From assembly GCA_965238075.1 (NCBI GenBank), contig OZ250173.1:2944001-3008000 (forward strand): a stretch of DNA of 64,000 nucleotides, in the 5' to 3' direction. This document shows positions 48,916-56,680 of this stretch, piece after piece. Every line of letters begins with the position of its first letter. Positions within the stretch are counted from its first letter, which is position 1. The translations under genes and the position numbers were made by a program. The stretch comes from Candidatus Entotheonellaceae bacterium. Lineage in GTDB: Bacteria; Tectomicrobia; Entotheonellia; Entotheonellales; Entotheonellaceae. The notes under the pieces are model-generated. The model worked only from the letters and a program-made list of their open reading frames with translations, did not search any database and was not told where the DNA came from.

Positions 48916-49093
48916 TTTGACCTTGGTGTTACGGTCGTTCGGACCACCCGATAAGAATGACACCCAGCTGATCTCCCTGCACGAACCACCCACAGACCAA
49001 ACCCAACTGCCCACCTCTCCGACACTTTTGAACAGCCTCCGGCCGTCGATTCCGGAACGCTGAGGGAGGGGTGGCCGGCGGCAGCGGCGCTCT

Positions 49094-50073
49094 TAGAGTG
49101 TTTTCCATTCTAATTGACACCATAATAGAGGACCGACTGATATGGGGGCAGCACTGTCCGAGGACCTCCGCAAGCGCGTGGTATCAACCGTTGAGGCAGG
49201 CGCCTCACAACGTCAGGCTGCCCAGCGCTTCGGCGTCAGTTTGTCGAGTGCCAAGTATGGCGGCGACAATGGCGACAACACGGCCATGTCGCCGCCAAGC
49301 CGCAAGGCGGTGACCGACGCTCGCACCGCATCGAGGAACAGGCCGATTTCCTCCTGAAGCAAATCGAACAGACGCCCGATGTGACCTTGGCAGAACTTCA
49401 AGACCGACTGCGTAGGCACGGCCTGTTGGTCGGCATCGCCACAGTATCAGCTTCAAAAAAAACGCCGTACGCCGAAAAACACCACCGGCCTGACGTGGCC
49501 CGTCGTCGCCAGGCTTGGCTGGAGACCCAGTCAGCCCTTGACCCGGCACGGTTGCTGTTCATCGACGAGACGGGCGTGACGACGAAGATGGCGCGCCGCT
49601 ACGGTCGTGCCAGACGTGGCAAACTTTGCCATGCTTTGGTGCCTGGCCAATGGAAAACGACGACGCTGAGCGCTGCGCTTGGCCTGGATGGATTGCGGGC
49701 ACCGATGGTGCTTGACGCTCCCATGACCGGTGCCGCTGTCCTGGCTTACGTTGAGCAGATTGTGGTGCCGGAACTCAGAGCGGGTGACGTATTGGTGATG
49801 GACAATGTGTCGTCGCATCGGGTCAAGGGCGTTGCTGAAGTGATAGAAGCGGTTGGTGGCAAGTGTCTGTTTCTGCCACTCTACAGCCCTGATTTCAATC
49901 CGATAGAGCAGGTTTTCGCCAAGCTCAAAGCGTTGTTGCCTCAAGTGGCAGCCCGCACGGTCGAGGAGCTGTGGCAAGCCGTCGCCGATGTTCTGGATGC
50001 CTTTCGCTCTGAGGAATGTGCCAACTACTTCAGAAATGCAGGCTATGGACTATCCTGAACGGAAAACGCTCTA
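49094..50073 (+). mobile_element. IS630-family element A, copy 2
   Basis: Same ORF translations as copy 1, offset 7460 nt; ends TAGAGTGTTTTCC / GGAAAACGCTCTA. Confidence 0.92.
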
Positions 50074-50096
50074 AATACCCTCACCACTACCTTTAC

Positions 50097-51158
50097 TCAA
50101 GCGTTACTACCCTTATTTCTGAGAAAACGCCAGCGGGCGCCTGGCCCTCGTCCGCTGCACGCCACGTCGCCGGATTTCCTTAACCCCGCCAGGAGGGTGC
50201 GAATCCATTCGCGGCCGACACCCGGGCAGGCGCGTTCTAAGTCGCTCAGGCGAAAGTCGCCCGGCTGGGCGCGAATGGCGGCGAGCACCCGCTCGGACTT
50301 GGCACCCCGCGGCGCCCTGATCTGACCGGCGCGTTCCTCCAACTCGATGTAGGCGCGGCGGATAATCGCAAGGATGAAGTTGAACCAGGGCGTCAGTTCG
50401 TGTTTGCCGTCGTGCCAGCGGTGGGAACTGAGACGGAGGCACTCGTAGTAGGCGTCTCGGGATTCCTCAATAAGGCGTTCCAAGCTGATATAACGGCCGA
50501 CCTCGTAACCGTGCTGGTAGAGCGTTAACAGGGTGAGCAGCCGGGACACACGCCCGTTACCGTCCCGGAAAGGGTGGATGCAAAGGAAATCCAGGACGAG
50601 GGCGGCGATTGCGATGAGCGGCGGGATATGCTCCTCGCTGAGGGCGTGCTGGTAATGCCAGCAAAGTTCTTCTACAGCCGCCGGCGTCTCAGAAGCCTTC
50701 ACGCAGCGGAATCGGACAACCGGCGCTTGTCCGGGCAGGAATTCTACGATGTCATTATCGACTCGTTTGAATTGGCCCGCGTCGCCGCTGGCGGACTGGC
50801 AGAGGGTATGTAGGCGTTGCAGGGTGTCCGGCGCAATGGAAAGCGCCGCGTAGTCGGTGTGAATCTCGTTCAAGGCGCGGCGATAGTCTTGAATCTCCAG
50901 CTCGGAGCGGTCACGGGGCTTCGCTTGGCCGAGCACCAGCGGGTAAAGGCGGGCCGGGGCGACCGTCACCCCCTCGATGCGGTTGGAGGATTCGGCGCTC
51001 TGAACGACGGACGTGTCGCGGAGCGCCTTGAGGGCCTGTGGCGATTGGCTGGTGAATAGCTCCTGTTTTCCCCTCGACTCGGCGATATCGTTGAGCAGCC
51101 ACACCGTGCTCAGGGGTACTTCATGGTCGCGTAGGCGACCGTTGTGAAAGGAGTTCAT
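50097..51158 (-). CDS. Fic family protein
   Basis: Canonical HPFRDGNGRVSR; SSNRIEG inhibitory-type motif; C-terminal HTH; start uncertain. Confidence 0.92.
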   Translation of the reverse strand: MNSFHNGRLRDHEVPLSTVWLLNDIAESRGKQELFTSQSPQALKALRDTSVVQSAESSNRIEGVTVAPARLYPLVLGQAKPRDRSELEIQDYRRALNEIHTDYAALSIAPDTLQRLHTLCQSASGDAGQFKRVDNDIVEFLPGQAPVVRFRCVKASETPAAVEELCWHYQHALSEEHIPPLIAIAALVLDFLCIHPFRDGNGRVSRLLTLLTLYQHGYEVGRYISLERLIEESRDAYYECLRLSSHRWHDGKHELTPWFNFILAIIRRAYIELEERAGQIRAPRGAKSERVLAAIRAQPGDFRLSDLERACPGVGREWIRTLLAGLRKSGDVACSGRGPGARWRFLRNKGSNA

Positions 51159-51286
51159 AATTTTCGGTCCGAATGGGATGACGGCACGTGAATGCACGCG
51201 GCTGGCGTAATTCGCTGCCAGCCCTGCACGATTTCGTTGTAACGTACGCGTGGTGACCTCGATTGGCGATTTGTACGTACCAGAGG

Positions 51287-51685
51287 CTACCAGCGTTTGA
51301 TGTCGTCGAACTGATCAAAGTCCTTGTCAAACCTTGCCACGTGGTCCCCGGATGCCGCGGCCAAGGCAGCCAGATAGCAGTCCAGAAAATCGCATTCTGT
51401 GGATGCGAAGCGCTTCAAAGCATCAAGCATTTCGTCTTGCTTCACACAGCGTATACCGGCGCTGACGATGACCTTGCGCAACCCTTCCGCAATCTGTTCG
51501 CGCCCGGTCTGGTAGAAAGAATCAAGCACCCACACCGCCTCGGCAACAGCCACTTCGGTCAATATCAGCACACATTTCCCGTCGCAGGCGTCGGAAAACA
51601 GCGCCCGAGCGCCCGGGGAGTGCTGAGCATCGTCGCTACGCAGAAAACGCAGCAGGACGTTGGTGTCCAAAAGATATCTGATCAT
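51287..51685 (-). CDS. vapC: VapC-family PIN domain toxin
   Basis: LLDTNVLLRFL, VAEAVWVL, DFLDC, FDKDF. Confidence 0.88.
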   Translation of the reverse strand: MIRYLLDTNVLLRFLRSDDAQHSPGARALFSDACDGKCVLILTEVAVAEAVWVLDSFYQTGREQIAEGLRKVIVSAGIRCVKQDEMLDALKRFASTECDFLDCYLAALAAASGDHVARFDKDFDQFDDIKRW

Positions 51686-51925
51686 TCGTATCTTGCCGCT
51701 CTTGCTTTGCGTGCTGCCTCTCGCTCCTCGCCTTTGGACGCCGACGGTCTGCCATCTGCAAGACAGCCGTACAAATCCTTGAGTGTTTCGGGTTGCGGCT
51801 TTATCAAAACGGCGCCGTCAACCAACTCATAAATGAGCCGCTGCCGAGGCTTGGAGGCCGTGTGCCTTGCGGATCTCTACCGGAATGGTGGTTTGCCATC
51901 TGTCGGTTAAAGTCGATTTGATCAC
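51682..51925 (-). pseudogene. AbrB/MazE-type antitoxin with +1 frameshift
   Basis: VIKSTLTDRWQTTIPVEIRKAHGL, extra base ~51853, KPRQRLIYELVDGAVLIKP..LYGCL; ATGA overlap with vapC. Confidence 0.78.
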
Positions 51926-52150
51926 TGGCCTGTCTCCATTGCATTGTTTTTTAGATTCATTGTCTTGAGTAACACAATGCAAATCTGATTTCCGCAAGCA
52001 TCGTGTCACAGCAATGTCTGACAGGAAAGCCGACGTTCAATTCTCAACCCGGTGCGGGGCATCTTGCAGGGCTTCGTAGCCGTAAGCGCTGAAGTGGGTG
52101 GAGACGAGCGGAGATTTGGGCAGCCGAGAGATGGTGGGGTGCTGATCGCT

Positions 52151-54580
52151 TTACAAGTGTTTTGCCGTCTGGCGAGTGGTGGTTGCGACCATTGGCCGCC
52201 GACGGCGGGTGAGGGCCACGATGCCCCCGATGACGGCGACGAGCAGGTTGGTGCCCCCGACGGTGGCGAATTTCCAGAAGCGGCGGACGTCGGGCGTCGG
52301 TTGGCTGATGGTGCGGTCGAGGTGCTTCTTGCCGCGAACGTGGATGAGGTCCTCGCCGAGGGTGAGGGCGTCGATGCTGTTAAGGAACAGGTCGGCGTTG
52401 CCGCCAATAAGGAAGTTGCGGTGGAACATCTGGGCGTTGCCGACAACGATGAGCTTGCCGGGGGAAGCGTCACGCGCCGGGGAGCCATCGACGGGCGGAA
52501 ACTGCCCCTCCACCAGAACGGCCAGGGGGTATTGCTGACCGGTGGCTGGCGGCTCCAGGTTGTCGGCGGTGAGCGCGGCGTCGCTGGACACGCTCCAGGC
52601 GCGCGGGCTGGTGGAGAAGAGGGCGGTGGCGTTGAGGCCGTGATCGCGCAGAACATCGGGCTGCAGGCTCAGGGCGCTGCCCCACAGGTAAAACAACGGC
52701 GCCAGGCGGCTGGTGATGGAGACCGCCGTGTTCATGGCCTGCCGCGGGATGGTCATGTGCAGCGGCAGGTCGAGGGTGATGCCGCTGCCGACCAGAGCGT
52801 CCACGAGGGTGTCGGTGTCGTGCACGGTCATGGCCTGATGGTTGACGTCCATCAGCACGGCGGGATCGACTGTAATGCCGTAATGCTGCAGCCAGTCGTT
52901 GACCTCGGGATGCTGCGGCTCCTGGGTGATGGACACGTCTTGGCGCCCCAGCGTGTAGTTCCAGCGGTACTGTTGGACGGCGAGAAACACGGACTTGCCC
53001 TCGTGCAGGGCCTTGCGCAGCAACAACTGGTCCTCGGCCGGCAGGCGCCGCGGATGCAGTACCACGATGGTATGCGCCTCGGGCGGGATGCCGTCGGCGA
53101 GCGACTCGAAGCGCCGCACCTCGTAGCGTTCGCGTGACAGCAGGCGTTCCAGCACGGTGTACGGGTCCTCGGTCTCGGGTAGTGAGCGGCCCATCTGCGT
53201 ATAGAGTTCTCGCATGTATTCCGGCAGGTGCAGCGGGTCGCGCGGTGCCACCAGCGCCACCAGCGGCTGGGTGTCACGGTGCAGCTTGTCGATGAGGTTG
53301 ATGAGGCGGTATTCCAGCGTCTGCAGATCGTGCGGCAGCAGGCGGGGGATGATGGCTTCGGGCTTGTCCTTGTAGGCCACGCTGATGGCGGCATAGACCA
53401 GCTTGTTGACGATGTCGTCGCCCTGCAGCACCTGCACCGAGAAGGGCCGTACCCCCTGATCCAGAAGGCGCCGCTGCGCGTCGGGCATGGCCGTGTCGTC
53501 CGGCGCCGCGATGGTTTCCGCCGGACGAATCACGTCAGCCGTTTGCAGATGCACCACCCGGGTGCGCAGGTTGCCCTCGCCGGCCAAGCGCATGTCGTCG
53601 AGCTGGTCGCGGATGTCGCGTTCCAGGTAGCGCATGGTGACGGGCAACTGCTGGCGGGGGGTGATGTACAGGCTCACCCGCACGGGCTCCGGCAGTTGCC
53701 TCAGGATGCGTCGCGACGCCGGTGACAGCGTGTACAGTTGGTCCTCGGTCAGATCGATCCGTCCCAGGTTTTGCTCGGCCAGCAGCCAGTTGGCGGTGAG
53801 GCCGACGCTCAGACAGAGGGCCATTGCCGCCAGAAAGCCGTTGCGCGTTGCCGGGCGGCTGCGAATTTCCAGAAACAGGCTGTTCAGCGCCAGCCAGACC
53901 GCCGTCCAGATCAGGAAATACACCACGTCGCCGACCACCAGCAGGCCGCGCGTGAAGGTCATGTAGTGCTGTGTCACGCCGATCACCTCGGCCAGCAGAG
54001 TGCCCAGGCCCGGCCAGGCAGCCTCGGCGAGGGTGACGACAAACTCGGTGCCCGCCAGGAAGAACCCGAAGCAGCCGAGCAGCGTGAGCATGAAGGCGAC
54101 GATCTGGTCGCGGCACAGTGCCGAGATAAACAGCCCCAGGGACAGAAAGAAGACGCCGAGCAGAAGGCTGCCGAAGTAGGCGCCGAGGATGGGGCCGAAG
54201 TCGGGATTGCCCAGCCAATGGAGCATCACCGGCAGCATGAGGGTGCCGGCCAGGGCGCTGAGGTAGAAGATCAGGCTGGCAAGGAATTTCCCCAGCACCA
54301 GCTCGTGCGCGCGCATCGGGAAGGTGAGCAGCAGTTCCCAAGTGTTTTGCTTCCGTTCCTCGGCCCACAGGCGCATGCTGACGGCGGGCAGAAACACGCA
54401 CAGGACGATGGGCAGGATGGTGAAGAATACGCGCATGTCGGCCGCCAGGACGGTGAAAAACGGCGCCATGTACAGGCCCATGGTGAGACTGAGAAAGACG
54501 AGGAGGGCGATGTAGGCGATGGCCGAGGTGTAGTAGGCGTTCAACTCGCGGCAGGCAATGGTACGGAGGTTAGCAAACAT
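52151..54580 (-). CDS. Fused ABC-2 permease / GldG-type auxiliary protein, copy 2
   Basis: Colinear paralog of 36361-38859 (SMRLWAEERKQNTWELLLT, RIDLTEDQLYTLS, FLNSIDALTLG). Confidence 0.88.
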   Translation of the reverse strand: MFANLRTIACRELNAYYTSAIAYIALLVFLSLTMGLYMAPFFTVLAADMRVFFTILPIVLCVFLPAVSMRLWAEERKQNTWELLLTFPMRAHELVLGKFLASLIFYLSALAGTLMLPVMLHWLGNPDFGPILGAYFGSLLLGVFFLSLGLFISALCRDQIVAFMLTLLGCFGFFLAGTEFVVTLAEAAWPGLGTLLAEVIGVTQHYMTFTRGLLVVGDVVYFLIWTAVWLALNSLFLEIRSRPATRNGFLAAMALCLSVGLTANWLLAEQNLGRIDLTEDQLYTLSPASRRILRQLPEPVRVSLYITPRQQLPVTMRYLERDIRDQLDDMRLAGEGNLRTRVVHLQTADVIRPAETIAAPDDTAMPDAQRRLLDQGVRPFSVQVLQGDDIVNKLVYAAISVAYKDKPEAIIPRLLPHDLQTLEYRLINLIDKLHRDTQPLVALVAPRDPLHLPEYMRELYTQMGRSLPETEDPYTVLERLLSRERYEVRRFESLADGIPPEAHTIVVLHPRRLPAEDQLLLRKALHEGKSVFLAVQQYRWNYTLGRQDVSITQEPQHPEVNDWLQHYGITVDPAVLMDVNHQAMTVHDTDTLVDALVGSGITLDLPLHMTIPRQAMNTAVSITSRLAPLFYLWGSALSLQPDVLRDHGLNATALFSTSPRAWSVSSDAALTADNLEPPATGQQYPLAVLVEGQFPPVDGSPARDASPGKLIVVGNAQMFHRNFLIGGNADLFLNSIDALTLGEDLIHVRGKKHLDRTISQPTPDVRRFWKFATVGGTNLLVAVIGGIVALTRRRRPMVATTTRQTAKHL

Positions 54581-55538
54581 GGGCTGCGGGGGCCTCATCG
54601 GAAGCGGGTGGAGCAGTAAGGGCGAGGAACGTTTCCTCCAGCGTGGGCGGCTGCACGTGCAACTCGCCGACGCGCCAGCCTTTGTCGCTGAAAAGGTTCC
54701 CAAGTTGCCGGGACAGACCCGTGCCGGCGACGGCCCGCACGTCGAACACGGCGTAGTCATCGCTGGAATGCACGAAACGGACCTCCAGCAATCCGGGCAG
54801 GGTTTTCAGCGCCGACTCAACCGCCTCCCGCGGCGCCGCCACCGACAGGGACGTACGTTCGTACTGCCGCAGTTCTTGCCGCAACTCCTCCAGCGTGCCG
54901 TTGCCGACGATGCGCCCTTGGTTGATGATGACCAGCCGGTCGGCGATAGCCTCGACTTCTTGCAGAATATGGGTGGAGAGCAACACGGTCTTGCCGGCGG
55001 CGGCGAGGTCTCGGACAAGCCGCCGCACCACCAGAATCTGGTGGGGATCGAGGCTGGAAGTGGGTTCGTCAAGAATCACCACCTGCGGGTCATGGATGAG
55101 TGCCTGCGCCAGTCCCACACGCTGCTGGTATCCCTTCGACAATTCACGGATGAGCTGGCGGCCTACGCCTTCGAGGCCGCAACGTTCCTCCGCCCAGGCG
55201 CGGCGTTGGCGCAGCCGGGCGCCCCGCAGACCGCGGGCGCGACCGACAAAATTGAGATAGGCGCCGGCCCGCATTTCCGGGTATAACGGCAGCACCTCCG
55301 GTAGGTAGCCGATCAGGCGCCGTACCGCCAGGGGCTCGTTTCGCACGCTCTTGCCGCCCACGGTGGCGGTGCCGCGCGTGGGATACAGGTAGGTCGTCAG
55401 AATTTTCATGGTCGTCGATTTGCCGGCGCCGTTCGGGCCAAGCAAGCCGACCACCTCACCCGGCTCGACGTCGAAGCTGGCCCCCTCGAGGGCAACCCGC
55501 GGGCCGTAGTGCATGGACAGATCGGCGGCATGAATCAC
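54570..55538 (-). CDS. ABC transporter ATP-binding protein (GldA-like), copy 2
   Basis: GPNGAGKSTTMKILTTYLYPT identical to copy 1; AAGGAG RBS before GTG. Confidence 0.92.
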   Translation of the reverse strand: MIHAADLSMHYGPRVALEGASFDVEPGEVVGLLGPNGAGKSTTMKILTTYLYPTRGTATVGGKSVRNEPLAVRRLIGYLPEVLPLYPEMRAGAYLNFVGRARGLRGARLRQRRAWAEERCGLEGVGRQLIRELSKGYQQRVGLAQALIHDPQVVILDEPTSSLDPHQILVVRRLVRDLAAAGKTVLLSTHILQEVEAIADRLVIINQGRIVGNGTLEELRQELRQYERTSLSVAAPREAVESALKTLPGLLEVRFVHSSDDYAVFDVRAVAGTGLSRQLGNLFSDKGWRVGELHVQPPTLEETFLALTAPPASDEAPAAHVC

Positions 55539-55600
55539 GTCGGTCTGCTCCTTAATTTCAAGTCTGGCCATCCCGGGAAGGCGCTGACTGCTTCACAAGT

Positions 55601-55629
55601 CGTCATTCCGACGAACGCCGGAATCCAGG
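55601..55629. repeat. Half copy of GTCATTCC..GGAATCCAG repeat
   Basis: CGTCATTCCGACGAACGCCGGAATCCAGG. Confidence 0.65.
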
Positions 55630-55663
55630 ACCGTTGTACGACAATAACCTCAGGGGGGCCGTC

Positions 55664-56062
55664 ATGTTGGGACATCTGGGCATTAATGTCACGGATTTGG
55701 ACCGCGCCAAAACCTATTACGACCACATGATGCCGTTGCTGGGCTACGAGCCCTACCTCAGCGCCGAGGACCAGTTCGCCTACCGCCCGGCGAACCGTCA
55801 GCGCGGTCCGGCGTTGTTCTTCTATCCGGCGCTCGAAGTGGGCCAGGTATCCCGGCACCGTCCGGGGTTGCAGCATCTCGCCTTTGTGGTGGACTCGCGG
55901 CAAGCGATCCACGCGGTGCACGACGCGGTGCGGGCGCTGGGCGGCGAGGTCGTTCACGCCCCGCAGCTGTTCCCGCAATACCGGCCCCACTATTACGCCA
56001 CGTTCTGGTTGGACCTGGAGGGCGTGATGCTGGAGGTGCTGTGCCTGCGGCCGGAGGAATAA
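55664..56062 (+). CDS. VOC/glyoxalase family protein
   Basis: HLGINVTDLDRA, LQHLAF, YYATFWLDLEG..LE. Confidence 0.88.
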   Translation: MLGHLGINVTDLDRAKTYYDHMMPLLGYEPYLSAEDQFAYRPANRQRGPALFFYPALEVGQVSRHRPGLQHLAFVVDSRQAIHAVHDAVRALGGEVVHAPQLFPQYRPHYYATFWLDLEGVMLEVLCLRPEE

Positions 56063-56081
56063 CCGGGGCCGAAAGCCTGGA

Positions 56082-56402
56082 TTATTTCATGACGGATTTG
56101 GGCGTTGAGGCAATACGGGTGACCTTGATCTTTTCGCGGTGGAGCATGGCGGGAATCTGGGGTGCGATGGTGTTCTTCCAGTGATCGCTTTCGTAGACGG
56201 CTTCGTACAGACGTTTGCGCTCCGCCTCGCTGTCGAAACGGCGAATCCACACGTACAGATCGTCTTCTTCCTCGCCCACAAAGCTGCCGAGGATGACCAT
56301 GCCTTTGGAGACCTGGAAGGGGATGATCTCGTCTTCCATGAACGATACCCAGGTCTCACGCTGGCCGGGCTTGGTGCGGTACTCGCGCAATTCGAGAAAC
56401 AT
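56082..56402 (-). CDS. NIPSNAP family protein
   Basis: LELREYRTKPG, YVWIRRF, TPKS. Confidence 0.85.
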   Translation of the reverse strand: MFLELREYRTKPGQRETWVSFMEDEIIPFQVSKGMVILGSFVGEEEDDLYVWIRRFDSEAERKRLYEAVYESDHWKNTIAPQIPAMLHREKIKVTRIASTPKSVMK

Positions 56403-56438
56403 GCCGCTCTCCTTAAAACAAGTGTCCGTCTGGCTGCT

Positions 56439-56475
56439 CCCTCTCCTCTGGAGGAAGAGGGTTGGGGTGAGGGGG
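56439..56475. repeat. Dispersed CCTCTCC...GAGGG..GGGGTGAGGG repeat, copy 2
   Basis: CCCTCTCCTCTGGAGGAAGAGGGTTGGGGTGAGGGGG. Confidence 0.7.
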
Positions 56476-56680
56476 AAATCAAGTGAGGCGCAAGCATAGG
56501 GAGCCTGGGATTGCCTGTCAACCGGCAGGCGGCGCCTTGCGGGAGGCGGCGGTGCAGGATCGAGGCATCCTTCGGAAATCGTCGCCTGATGACTTTTGCA
56601 ACAGACTCTTACATAATCCGCCCGCTGCGTGGCGCACGAATTGAATTGGCCTTGCGCGTGACTGGAGGACACGACGAGAT

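Noticed and set aside
40850-52150. Prophage or integrative element
   Set aside because: No integrase, phage structural or conjugation genes; the only mobility genes are IS630 transposases
56480-56680. Glycine or other riboswitch before the GcvT-family genes
   Set aside because: No convincing aptamer consensus by eye; only a weak promoter-like CATAAT; an Rfam scan would settle it
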